64,000 bases of DNA, taken from Camelus ferus. Its lineage: Eukaryota. Positions 52,013-64,000 of the stretch are shown here, piece by piece. How positions within the stretch are numbered: the first letter of the stretch is position 1; every line of letters begins with the position of its first letter. A program made the translations under genes and the position numbers. The notes below the pieces were generated by a model, which searched no databases, was not told the origin of the DNA, and was given only the letters and a program-made list of their open reading frames with translations. The stretch lies in the NCBI RefSeq assembly GCF_009834535.1, contig NC_045697.1, positions 109,928,001-109,992,000 on the forward strand, written 5' to 3'.

Positions 52013-52257
52013 TTTTGAGGGGGCAGTAGTTAGGTTTAATATTTTTATTTATTTTTCTTAAAGATACTAGAAGATTGAACCCAGGATCTCATGTGCTTTA
52101 CTGAGCTATACCCTCCCCACCTTTTAAAAATGTTTTTTAATTTTATTTTTTATTTATTGTTTGTTTTTGATGGGGAGGTAATTAGGTTTGTTTATTTATT
52201 TTAAGTGGATCTTGTGCATGCTAGGCATACACTCTACCACCAAGCTACACCCTCCCC
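52013..52257 (-). mobile_element. Head-to-tail pair of Vic-1-like SINEs
   Basis: Two heads (~52118 and 52257) and two tail motifs. Outer TSD ttccatgcct / ttctatgctt. Confidence 0.85.
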
Positions 52258-52938
52258 TTCTATGCTTAATTTAAATACTGAGGTGCTTAGTTGGGGCCCA
52301 AACACTGAACATTTATGCTTATGACTCGAAAAATCACAACCAATCTTATTTACAAAAAACAAAAACAAAACCATCCAATAAATGAACAAAACAAAAACCA
52401 AACCAAAGCACACCAGATCATATCAAACCCCCCAAAACTTTATTCCTAGTCTTCTGTGCATTGGGACTTGATGAGAAAGTGGAACTCCCTATGAGCCTGG
52501 GAGCACTGAGGCCCAGAGCACATCTGCCTACCATATGCACCACCTGGTCTTCACCTTGACCTCCGAGCCCAAGAGTACAGGCCCCTGGAGCCCTCCCTGC
52601 TACCTGATCAGAGGGCGTGCTGACAACTGAGAGTCCCAACCCACTCCCGTTGGCCAGACCCAGCCCTGGAAATCTTGGGGCATTCTGAGTTAGGTCACCC
52701 TAAGGTCCTAGCTGTCCTCCAACCACTCCAAACCTCTCTGAGAACTGATGTTTCATGGTCACTTGCTGTTTGATGGCTGTCAGCTCAGCTCTAAGTTAAT
52801 AAACACGATGTTGGTCAACAAAGGCTTAACATCTCCCAGAGTCATTTGCACTTTAATAGGGGACTGCTATGAGAATTCAGACCCCAAAAGGAATGGAGAT
52901 ATGATGGTAAAATGGTAGGAGTCAGTGTACCTATTTTA

Positions 52939-53574
52939 TTTATTTTATTTTATTTTATTTTTTATTGAAGTATAGTCAGCTTACAATGTGTCAATTTCTG
53001 GTGTACAGCATAATGTTTCAGTCATACATATACATACATATATTCATTTTCATATTTTTCATTATAGGTTACTGCGAGATATTGAATAAAGTTCCTTGTG
53101 CTATACAGTACAAAGTTGTTTATCTATATCCTATATTATAGTTAGTATTTGTAAATCTTGAACTCTCAATTGATCCTTCCCACCCCTTTCCCCCACCCTA
53201 ATAACCATAAGATTGTTTACTATGTCTTTGAGTCTTTTTCTGTCTTGTAGGTAAGTTCATTAGAATCTTCTTTTTTCTTTTTTAGAGTCCACATATAGGT
53301 GATATCATATGGTATTTTTCTTTCTCTTTCTGGCTTACTTTACTTAGAATGACAATCTCCAGGTCCATCCATGTTGCTGCAAATGGCATTATTTCATTCT
53401 TTTTTGTGGCTGAGTAGTATTCCATTGTATATAAATATACCACAGCTTCTTTATCCATTCAACTGTCTATGGACATTTAGGCTGTTTCTATGTCTTGGCT
53501 ATTGTGTATAGTGCTGCTATAAACATTGGGGTGCATGTATCTTTCTAAATTAGAGTTCCCTCTGGATATATGCC
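52939..53574 (-). mobile_element. 5'-truncated L1 3' end
   Basis: Antisense 3'UTR and ORF2 end. TSD cagtgtacctatttta (52923-52938) / cagtgtgcttatttta (53575-53590). Confidence 0.92.
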
Positions 53575-53898
53575 CAGTGTGCTTATTTTAGAGCAAGAAA
53601 TTCTCTCCTTAGATCCTAGCACCTGCCATCTAGCTTTGTCCACAGCTCTCTGGGGCAGAACACAAACTCATCCTTTCCCTTCATCCTGCCTGAGTTGAGG
53701 ATCAGCTCCCATAGTGAAAAGGGCATCTCCCAACAGCAGAGTCCGGAGCCTGGTCTGACCTGATGGGATGTTAACACAGGCTTCTGTAGAACTGAGACCA
53801 GTCACTCACTGACGTCACCATGGAACATCTCTGGGCCAGACTCTGCCTTAGGTCTGACCTTACAGGTAAGAGTTACATGCAGGCCACTGTTTAATGAA

Positions 53899-53945
53899 GG
53901 AGGCACAAAGGAATGGAGGCACAAAGGAATGGGGGCACAAAGGAA
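53899..53945. repeat. Three-copy 16-bp tandem repeat
   Basis: ggaggcacaaaggaat x2, then gggggcacaaaggaa. Confidence 0.9.
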
Positions 53946-54001
53946 GGAGAACTTGGTTCTGCTTTGGGCAGGGGAAGTTTCATCTTTCTCCGAGCCCAAG
54001 G

Positions 54002-54476
54002 TATAACTGAGCAGGACCCTGTGGGGCCTTCCAGGGTCAGACCCATCTTCCGTGTCCTCTGCTGCAGCTCCCCTCTGAAGTACCCAGATAATAGTAACTC
54101 ATGTATATTTCCTGAGTTTTTCAGATGTTGAAAACTATCACCAAAGGGAAGAAACTGACTACTTAATGATCAAGAGCACGTGGCCCCAGACCTTCTGGCG
54201 CCTAGAGGTTGATAGTGTTGACCATCCTTTTCCCTCCACATCAACCAGTCAGAGGATTGTACACAAGTTGATCGTGTACCCTGTGACCCCTCTCCCTTAC
54301 CTGGCCTTTAAATAAGCTTGCTGAAACCCCTTGGGGGGTTCAGGGTTTGCTTGGGCATGAGCCACCCCGTCCTCCTTGCTTGGCCCTGTGATAAACCTTT
54401 CTGTGTTGCAGACTCCGCCGTTTCTGCTTGTTTGGCCTCATGGTGTATTGGGCACACGAACTTGCCGTCAACAACA
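54002..54476 (+). mobile_element. ERV1-type solo LTR (family B)
   Basis: tataac...caacaaca with a perfect 4-bp TSD aagg (53998-54001 / 54477-54480). Confidence 0.9.
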
Positions 54477-56469
54477 AAGGTATTCATCACCCTCTGCTGG
54501 GGCTCATTCCTGCTTCCTGCACTACTCCGTGCTGTCGTCATACGCACACTTGGGGGCTTTTTCAAATTATAAAACTAAGGTGCGTTCATGTTAGAGGTTT
54601 TCAAAATTACAAAAAAGGCACAAAAAAATGAACCAGAAATCACTGGTGATGCCACCATCCCCAGAATCACAGTTAACTGACATTTTATGCTCTTCTAATC
54701 TTTAATCTACACTTAGGGACTCAGTTTTAATGAACTGACAATATACACACGTATATAGGTATATATGTGCTATATATGTGTATATATACGTATATACTAT
54801 GGTTTCCTAGTCTTTTATCATATTATGAGAATTTTCCCAAGTTGTTAAATAGTCGTTGAAAATGTTGTGTTCCATAAATAGTTTGAAGGGTAATAATCAA
54901 CAAAACTGAGCTTTATGACATGTTTAGATTTCAGCAAAATCTTATTATTCTCTTTATTAAACACAGACTTACTGGGAAAAGAGTTGTAAAACCGTAAACA
55001 TCTTAAACACGAGAGGCTTGCACTGAGCAATATGTAACATTTTAGGATGACGCATCTTAAGGAAGAAGGTTGGAAAATATTGTGTTTGGTTGACCTTCAT
55101 TCACAGAAATTTGAAACGTTACCAATTTTCACACCAGCCATTGTTTTGTGACTTATCATCTAAACAGTGTTTCAAACCCCTTGAGGTGATTTTAGGTTAG
55201 GGTTCTTTAATTGGCATTACATAATAGGAAAAAAATCTAGTGTCTTATTATTTTTAGGAGAATTTGTATCTTTTCCCCCTTGGATGTCAAGATCCTAGGG
55301 AACAGTGAGTACAATGCAAACAAAAATAGATTTGCTTGAGATTGCCTCCTTCCTTGCTTAATGTATCTACCCAATGAGCATCTACACTATTTTATTTTCT
55401 AAGAGAGAGAAACTTACATTTCTGAATGCCTGTTTGTCTTCCGAAGAGGAGCTTCTTGGTTTTCTTGAGAGCATGGATGTAGCCAGGCGCTTGTCTGAGA
55501 CAAAGCTCTGTGTATAAATTACATGCTTGGAGAACTTCCCTTAACGCTTCAGAGTATTTCAATCATAGACATAAACAAGAATCCCCTGGAAAGCTTGTAT
55601 TCCAATTCATTACATTTGGAGTGGACCCAGGGACCCTTATTTTTAACAAATACCAGGAGATTCTAATGTCCAAGGGCCACCCTTTGTGAAACACTGCTTT
55701 ACTGAATACAGGACCAAATTCTTAGCATAAAAGTCCCTTTTAGTCTGGCTCAACTCTGGTGTCACCAGACTCAACTCCCAGCACCAGACCGACCCATTCT
55801 GTATCACACTGGTACCCATTCCCCATTCCCGCCTCCCCAAACATCACTCGTCTCTTCTATGCCTTCTTCCCTTTTGTCAAGCAGGATGGTTATCCTTTCC
55901 CTTCTGGGCTTATTAAAATCTTTGCCATTAAATATCTCCTCTTCTGTGAAACTATCCTGTTCTGCGGTAGAGTGAATCAATTCCTTCTTTGGTTTTAGAC
56001 TCCTGCTACCCTTATATACTTGCCACAGAATTATTTGTACATTTGTTTTTCTGCTAATTGGAAGTTGTGTATATATGTTTATATATGTATATATATTCAT
56101 ACATATATATGTGTATATAAAATATACATAAAATTTATCTCATCCTCACATCTCTATTATACAATTATTATTCTTATATTGAAGCTGAGAAAACTACAAC
56201 TGAGTTAAATTAATAAACAGATGAATGAATACAATGAATATTTATTGAATATAGAAATTGAGCCAGGGCAGCAGTGGGGAACAGCTCCTACTTCCAAGGC
56301 CAGAGACTTGAAAAACATGAGAAATGATTATTTCATGGGATTAGGAAGAGAATGGAACACTGCTAATTCAGTATTTGAAAGAAAACTATTTTCAAAAATC
56401 CGTTTTAACTTTTTAATATAGGTTGCATAGAAATTATAGTTTAAAATCATTTCAGAATTTTCCTAAATT

Positions 56470-56655
56470 TTATTTTTTTATTAAAGTGCAGTTGATTTAT
56501 AAGCAAAGTGATTCTGTTATACTTACATATAAAGTTTCGGATTCTTTTCCATTTTAGCTTATTACAAGAAATTGAATGTAGTTCCCTGTGCATTAGAGTA
56601 GGTCTTTGCTGTTTATCTCTTTTATATATAGTAACACATGTCTGTTAATCCCAAA
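56470..56655 (-). mobile_element. L1 3' end fragment
   Basis: attgaatgtagttccctgtgc motif and T-rich tail. Confidence 0.7.
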
Positions 56656-57319
56656 TGAGGAGTTTGGGGTCGTTTCATAATTTTTAAAATACCTACTCAA
56701 GTAGAAACATTCTGTGGAAAGCTTTTGTTTTGTCACACAGTGTGCTCCTTTCCAAAGATGATCTTTGTTGCCCTGGACAGCCCTTGGGTCAGGCTGCAGG
56801 GAGATGCTCTGGTCCCAGACGTAGTGGCTTCCTCAATCCCGCACACACCTCATTGTTTCCCCACCTCAGAGCCAGCACCTATGTGAGCCCCTCTGCCCAG
56901 TCAGTTCTAACTCATCTTGCAAAGCCCAGGTCAGAGGGGACCACCCCTAACGTTTTCAGGGCTCAAGGGTAGAGCACAGTTGGAGGTTCACCCACTGTAG
57001 ACAGGATTTGCTGTCTCAGACCCCTCAGAGTTCCATGCGAGGGTGCTGTGTTGTAAGGACAATGGCCCTTGGCTCCTGCCCAGTAGCCAAAACCGTATTT
57101 TCCTCTTTCCCCATCCTTGGTTCCTCTGCACATCATGAAAGGACTTGTAAACATCCCCATGAGCACCTCAAGGTCCAAGCATGCTCACACTATTCCAGCA
57201 GCCCCCACTGAGTACCCTTGAAACCTAGGGGTGGACACACTCACCTGCAGCTTCCCCTTGGATGGCAGTCCCAGGGCAGAGGCCCACACCAGCCTTGGAA
57301 CCAGACCCGAAGTGCTTTG

Positions 57320-57780
57320 TGTAGGGCCAAATGAGGTCCTTCAAAGTCCAGCGACCCCCACTCCTGGGCTCTCAGATGTCTGCCTGTGATCCCTTAACAG
57401 ATCAAGTACATTCTCTACTGGGCGTGTTTCCCCTAACAAACTAATAACCCTAGGTAATGCCTAATCTCACAGTAGCTCAGGCTGCCTTGTCCCAGCCCAC
57501 CTTATCAGAGTCATACACCCCACAGCCCTTCATGGACCCTAAATCTCTTACCTCACCTACAACCAATCAGAGACCTGTGCACAAGCCGATCAGGCACCTT
57601 GTGACCCAACCCCAATGACCGGCCCCCGGGGCTCACACGGGCTCCCCTCGTCTGTGTGGTCCCGCTGCTGTCTATGGCAACCCACCCCTAAGGAACTCCT
57701 TTCCTATTCTCATACTTTATCTCTGGCAAACTTTTACCAACCACCACGTCACTGCCTGGCCCCTGTTGTGTCCCACAACA
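57320..57780 (+). mobile_element. ERVL-type solo LTR
   Basis: tgtagggcc...cccacaaca; 5-bp flanks ctttg/cttag; CCAAT boxes. Confidence 0.65.
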
Positions 57781-59446
57781 CTTAGGGCAGGGATTCAGAG
57801 GCTTAGAGCACCCTGAATCTGGGCAAGGACAGGAGTGTAGGCTCTTCTAAAGTGCAGACTCAGGGACTCCTGCCTGGACCTATGGGTGATACTGAGAGCA
57901 AACACCCCTTTCTCTAAGAAATTTCCCTCACCCCCAGGCAAGGCCGATTCTCCAGTTCAACTTTCACAGCCTCTTCCAGTTCTCTTTGGAGCACTTACAA
58001 TGATCATTAAATAATCCAGTTTAATGAATTATTGTTTAATTGGTGGTATAAGGTCTAACCCCCTTACTAAAAACTGAGTTTCACAAGGATGCTACTGAAT
58101 CTGTTTTTGTTCCCTTGTATCAATGTTGCCTGAAACAGTCTGGCACGTGAACGATGCTCAGTACGCTCCCATTGAGTGGATGAATGAGAGGAAATCTCGC
58201 TGAAATGTCTAGAAATAGTTAAGGCCTTGCAAAAAGTGTTATGGGAACTCTTTTTCACTTTTTCTCGAATATCCCTATTATTATCACCATCAACAGGTTT
58301 ACAAAATAAAAGCTAGTGTTACGACAGATTTTCCAGCATTTTGGTTCCAAAGATAAAGTCCCCCTTGGGGCCCGTAAGGATGAAGGATTTAGATAAGATT
58401 CCAAGACAACAGGGCCACACGAATACGTACAGTGTAAACCCTGATGTCCATATCACACTATTCACAGCTTCTTTTTCTTCTAGAAAATAACAAGGTTAGC
58501 ATTTGCAAAATCAAACTGGAAGTAAAATGAATAAACTATACCCTCCACAGGGTTGCATGCAATTCTACTCAGAGATCTTCATAAAATCTTGAGGGAAAAA
58601 TCTTTTTTTGAAAGAAAAACAGCTCTGGGTGGTGTTTGAAAATTCAGAAGGCAGCTGGAAGCTTTGCCAATGACAACTGTAAGTAATAACATGGTATTAA
58701 ATTTTATTTTCCATTTTTAAGACTGGATTTTTTTTAAAAACCACCAGGTATGTGGAATTATATTTCTAACAGGCATTCTGAAAAAAAAAATTATAGTCTT
58801 ATTTATCTTGGTTGGTATGAAAACCTCGATCTTCAAGGGTAAGGTTTTGATTCATTGAGGGATGGGAGCCTTATGGACGAAAAGCCTGGATGCCACAGTT
58901 TGGGTTTTTAGCTCTTTCCAAAGTTTTTGTTCTGCTTTTCCATCTTGCTGATTCGTGGACAAAAATGACCTTCTCAAACTGAAAATCTGTTCTCGCTTAC
59001 AGCTTGTGCTGAATGAACTAGCAGAGACAGTATTGGAGATACATCACTTTTCCTCCCAAAATCACTGAGATGACAAGGCCACCTCAGCCTGGGAGCCCTG
59101 TGGACAATGACCACCGTGATCGAATGGAAACCATACTCCCGGCCGTGGAAATCCAGGGTGCTAGTGAAACCAGAACGCTTCCGTTAGAACCTGAGCAGCT
59201 TCCCGGGAGCTTAACAAACCGCTGTCCTCTATTGCCTCTGGGAAAGAGCAGACAGCAGACACTCATGTTCTCAGTATTACCAGTCGAATCAATACCTCAT
59301 GTAACAGAACACTGTCACTCACCTGTCACACCCCCTGTAACCCAGGGCTTTTCAGCCTCAGCACAATTGACACTTTCAGCCAGAAAACCCTCACTCAAGT
59401 TTTCTCCTTTGGCTCCTGCTTTAAAAAAAAAAAAAAGTATGTATCA

Positions 59447-59600
59447 GGGGGAGAGTATAACTTAGTGGTAGAATGCATGTTTAGCATGCAAAAGGTCCTG
59501 GGTTCAATCCCCAGTATCTCCGTTGAAATAAACTAACAAACAAAGAAACAAACCTTATTATACCCCCCCCAATCAGCAGTAATAAACAATCCTTAAAAAA
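59447..59600 (+). mobile_element. Vic-1-like SINE
   Basis: ggggagagtataacttagtggtagaatgcatgtttagcatgc...ggtcctgggttcaatccccagta. Confidence 0.9.
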
Positions 59601-60969
59601 ATTTTGTAGGTATCAAATTTATATGAAACATAAAATTTAGCATGGTTACCATTTTTAAGTGTATAGTTCAGTGACATTAAGCCCAGTCACCTGGTTGTGT
59701 AACCATCATGGGTGGAGCGTGGTCAGCCATCTCCAGAACGCTTTCATCCTCTCGAACTGAAACTTCATTTCTATTAAGCACTGACTCCCCATTCTCCTCT
59801 CCCCACAGTCCCTGGCAACCACTTGCCCTTTATAAATATCTAAACATACCCAGAACCTTGAGGTGAAAGTAAGGTGTGGGGGTGTGGGGTGTAGTGGATC
59901 GCACAGGAACTGGGTGTTTCCCATTCCACAGCCACGGTCTGTGTGGCTTCGGGGTTGAGGCTTCAATCCTGCCCAAGCCATCTGTGGACTCTGCCACGTG
60001 AGGCAGGTGGCGCAAAGTTCACCTGCCTTGGTGTCCTCATCTACAGTGCAGGGTTGATCAGAGGCATGCCACTTAGGATTCTTATGAGGATGAAATGAGT
60101 TAATAACCACAAAGTCCTAGGGCTGCTCCACACTCCACCAACTCCAAACTGCACAATGATGAGAACCAGAGCACTTGCTGATATTCGGCTTAAAATCTGG
60201 CAGTGCTGTTTGTTGAGGTGCACACGGCAGACGCTTAATCCCACTGTCCTCTCCTGGTTACAATCTAACCATCTCTCACTTGGAGCATGATACATTAGCT
60301 ACGTGAATTTGGATTCTGTTTCCATACTCCAGGATCAGAAGGCAAAATCAACAGCAGACTTGGAATGTGATTCAAATACGTGCCTTGCGGGCAGACGTGA
60401 TTGCCACCCCCTCAGCCAGGAGTCTCAGTGCTTATGAATCACGAGATGTTTCTGTTGTCCTGCAGGTGCTGAAACGCAGACTCCAAGCCTCACTTCCTAA
60501 TGTGAGCCCCAAGCACATGGTTTCTGTTCTCCACCTTCTAAGTACTGTTTTCTCTTCTACGGCATAATTTAAATAACTTAATTTAGAGCTAGACAGATTA
60601 TAAGGTGGTGATTATTACCTAATGTCATGATTTCACAGATCTGAATGCTGCCTCCACCCTTTCACTGCTTATGTAGCCTTAGGGAAGTTCTTGGCCTCAG
60701 TTTCTTCATCTGTAAAATGGAAATAATCACGGCTCTTGCCTCATGGGAGAAATAATGAGCTTCCAAATCTAACATGCTGGGCATGCGAATACTGCCCTTC
60801 TTCTCAGGCTAGACATTTGTCAGATGAGATCAGAAAAACAAATCAAGGTTTCTCAAGGAAATGTTTGTGGGTGATTTAGAATGATGTATTTGTTTTGTGA
60901 ACCAAATTGAATACTACTTTAGAAAGAAGGCTTCTAGAATTTAAAAGAAATAGCCCTCAATGATTGTTT

Positions 60970-61150
60970 ATTATGTACTAGGAGCTGTGTTAATGATTTT
61001 GCAATATTTCCTCATTCAAATCTTCAGGTAGCTGACCTAAGAGAAGGTATTATTATTTCCATTTTGCAGATGAGGAAACTGAGGCAGAAGGGAGGCTAAT
61101 TAACTTGTCTGAGGTCACAGAACTGGTAAATGACGGGATGAAATCCAGTT
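60970..61150 (-). mobile_element. MIR
   Basis: ccattttgcagatgaggaaactgaggcag...taacttgtctgaggtcacag. Confidence 0.8.
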
Positions 61151-61359
61151 TGGTCATATTCTCATCTACTATGTAACCATATCTCTGCGCCAAAATGTTA
61201 ACTGATGGTACCTGGCTATTCCATGGTGAATAAATGATAAATGATGAGAGAGTGCTCTCACACTGTGAGCTGCTCTACTAAAATCCATATTCTAAGATTC
61301 ATAGATTATCTTTTAAAGGAAATCTATTCACTGGGTGCCTGTAGACTGAGGCTAATTTT

Positions 61360-61424
61360 TTTTAATTGAAGTATAGTCAATCACACTGTGTCAATTTCTG
61401 GTGTACAGCACAATGTCCCAGTCA
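61360..61424 (-). mobile_element. Very short L1 3'-terminal insertion
   Basis: ttgaagtatagtc...tcaatttctggtgtacagc. TSD tgaggctaatttt (61347-61359) / tgagactaatttt (61425-61437). Confidence 0.85.
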
Positions 61425-62815
61425 TGAGACTAATTTTACTTTTTCATGTAGAACTTAAAATTAAATGCAGTATTTGGTCAAAACTAAAACGAAATATGTG
61501 AATGATATTAGCACTATTTTTTTTCCACCTTGAAATTTAATGATTATAGAGTTGCTCTTTGCCAATCTTTAGCTTGATTTCTGCTCACGAGTTCAAGCTC
61601 GAAGACCTAATCAATACCTATATGTATTCATTGTTGAGTAAACCTTCACATTTTGAATAAGCAAAACTGGTTAAATTTGAAAAGTCTACTATGAGATGGG
61701 CACATAACCAAGTTATAGCTTTAGGAAAAAAAAAAAAAAACCTGATTGCTTGTTGCTTCCAAATTCTTGACGTGTGTTCAATGTAGAGAGGTGTCCTAAA
61801 GAAAAGTGGAGGGGCAGTGGGATTGGAGGAACCTTGAAAACTGTACCATATATGATCTACGTCATTTGCTCTTCTAAACTGTTGTTCCTGGCCAGTGTCA
61901 GCGAGCTGCTTTAAGTGGTTTAGCATGTTTGGTTGGCTGTACCTACGCTTACAATAAACAATGCATCCGGGTTTCTCTTTACAGTGATGAAGGCGTGTCT
62001 GGAAGGACATCAGAGTCATTAAATTCTTTTAGCCTTTTAGGACAGTGTCAGTTGAGATTCAGAAATTCATCAAGAGTGCTCAAGGTCTGAAGAAAATGCA
62101 AGCTGTTCAATGAACACAAGATGTTTGCAATGAGCCCGAAGGAGAAGAGGTGCTATGTGCAGTAACTTGTTAAAAATGTTATGCACTGAGCTTTTTACAC
62201 GGATTTTCATTGGAATATCTAGTGAGTTATATTTTTAAATGATACAATTCAGTCTTAAGAATGACAGGCAGTACATTGTGCAAGAGTCTGCCAGGAGGAA
62301 CCTCAGGTAGACTGGGAAGCACAAGGCAAACTCATTTTTCAAGTGATGAAACCTAGTATCAAAGGGCTAGTTTGAATTTTGCTGCTTTGGAAAAAAGAAA
62401 TAATAAACTGAAAATGTCCATACATATTACAGTTGAGTTATCTCAAAAACAGATTTTTTTTTTTCAGGAAAAAAATTGCAAAAGTTGATTACTTGGTTGT
62501 GTGAGAATCTTTGATTCTTAAGATTGATAAAAAAAAAAAAAGAAAGGAATTTTTAATAAGTAGGTTGGGAATGCCAAGTTCATGGTGTCCTTTCAAGCTG
62601 GATAAATCAGGAAGAATGCTCTCTACCCAGAACGGGATGGTCTTTTGGAAGAGAGGCTAATCAACCTAGATTCCTGCTGCTCGGCATAAACATCAAAGTT
62701 CCTGTGGCCATTCATAGACAAGAAATCCATTTCCATACATTTGGCCAACTTTTTGGCACCTGGTTAAAAAGCTTGAGCAACCAAAAGCCTGGCTTGAATT
62801 GTATTAAAATCTTAC

Positions 62816-62992
62816 AATTGGAGCGGAATGGACTGAGTCCTTTGATTGGGATGGGCTCTTAGTAGACGCATGGTTTGGAGAACTTTCCCCATTTGTCTCA
62901 TTGGAAAACTTGCTGTTTTCATCTCTCTGTCCAGCCAGGGCCCTCTCTCCCCACAATATTCTTTGAAGAACATGTAGCTCTCCATAAAACAT
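62816..62992 (-). other. Candidate exon (177 nt, possibly coding), gene unidentified
   Basis: Acceptor (T)n-ctcctctgctAG and donor att|GTAAGA. Phase 0/0 frame MFYGELHVLQRILWGERALAGQRDENSKFSNETNGESSPNHASTKSPSQSKDSVHSAPI. Confidence 0.35.
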
Positions 62993-64000
62993 CTAGCAGA
63001 GGAGAAAAAAAAAAAAAAAAACCACTCTTAGTTTCACAAATGCTTGTCAAAATCAAAAAAAGCAATGTAATTTCATACCAAAAGCTTGTTTCCTCTTGTA
63101 TCTAAATTTGATTAGATGTGATCCTAATCAGTAGGTAAAACTGAGTGATGATAACTGGTTGTTTGTTAAACTAATTAATAGATGAAGACCACTTCGGCAA
63201 GCAATCCCACAGAAATCCTGCTGCGTGTTTCCAAGGAAGCCTGTGCTTTCCATTTATTCCCAAGGAATTTGAGGGGAACCATCTATTTTTCTTTTCTTCT
63301 TCTTCTTTTTTTTTTTTTTTTTGCCAGTGGTTTAGCTAGAATTAAAACTAATAACCTCTTGGCCCAATGCTTTTGCTCAAACTTCTGGGAAGCACAGACC
63401 TCTGTTGTTCAGGATTGCATGCGTCTTCCAGATTCTCAGTTGGGGAAAATGCAAAGTCTGCACTCTGGCCTTGGGCAGTGGATCCCTGGGCGTGGAAATC
63501 AGCGCCTCAGGTTTTCCCAACAGCACCGAAGTCCTCCACAGGTCAATAACCTCAGAAGCTAACCTCTTTCTGCAAACCACAAGATGGAATGCATTGCACA
63601 ATGTGATGCAAATACATCGCTCAGGGCCTTGCCTCATTGATCAAGGCAGTTATTTTTTTTCTCCCCAATTTTTTCTTTTGAAAATTTCCAAACTACATAA
63701 AAGATAAAGACTACTATAATTTTAAAAATCCATATATCCTACATTCAGATTTATCCATTAGTCACACTTCTTTCTTATTCATCCATTTATTTATATATTT
63801 TTACTGAGTCATTTGCAGGTAGCAGACACAATGACATTTCACCTCTATGGACCTTATAACGCATCTCCTGAGCATAAGGACCATTATCACACACCCCCAA
63901 ATTAACCATGAGTCCCTTATATCATTTACCATGAAGCCCATGTTTAAATTTCCCGAATAATTTCCCCAATGTCTTCTGCTGTATTTATTAATTTACCTGT

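Noticed and set aside
17124..61998. Single coding gene joining the 46-nt and 236-nt exon candidates
   Set aside because: The direct join creates T|GA, an in-frame stop; nothing supports recoding.
63182..63707. Overlapping ORFs and splice acceptors on both strands
   Set aside because: No convincing donor, the plus-strand acceptor is a simple T/CTT tract, and the peptides are unrecognisable.
1..64000. CRISPR array, operon or prokaryotic defence system
   Set aside because: The sequence is mammalian; there are no regularly spaced repeats and no gene-dense ORFs.

Overview
Mammalian non-coding DNA, most likely from a camelid. The species call is inferred from about nine copies of a tRNA-Ala-derived SINE that matches the camelid Vic-1 type. 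The window is rich in transposable elements: two large decayed L1s (19.4-24.8 kb on the minus strand, 45.9-48.5 kb on the plus strand), several short L1 3' ends with target-site duplications (TSDs), ERV1/ERVL solo LTRs (dense at 33.8-40.5 kb), MLT1, MER2, MER5, MER20, MIR and L2. I recognise no protein-coding gene; the ORFs in the track are TE-derived or look like chance. Unique sequence contains one ETS+YY1 CpG-retaining promoter-like site (~41.6 kb), several enhancer-like motif clusters and a few unidentified exon-like segments. The most unusual structure is at 6983-7657: an LTR followed by a 39-nt copy of the tRNA-His 3' half. That is about twice a normal 18-nt primer-binding site, ends at tRNA position 37, has no proviral body and sits inside a ~35-bp flanking duplication. 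It resembles a fossil aberrant integration of read-through plus-strand strong-stop DNA. Repeat family names come from recalled consensus features, not a database search, and boundaries without a stated TSD are approximate. I found no evidence of a new multi-gene system.
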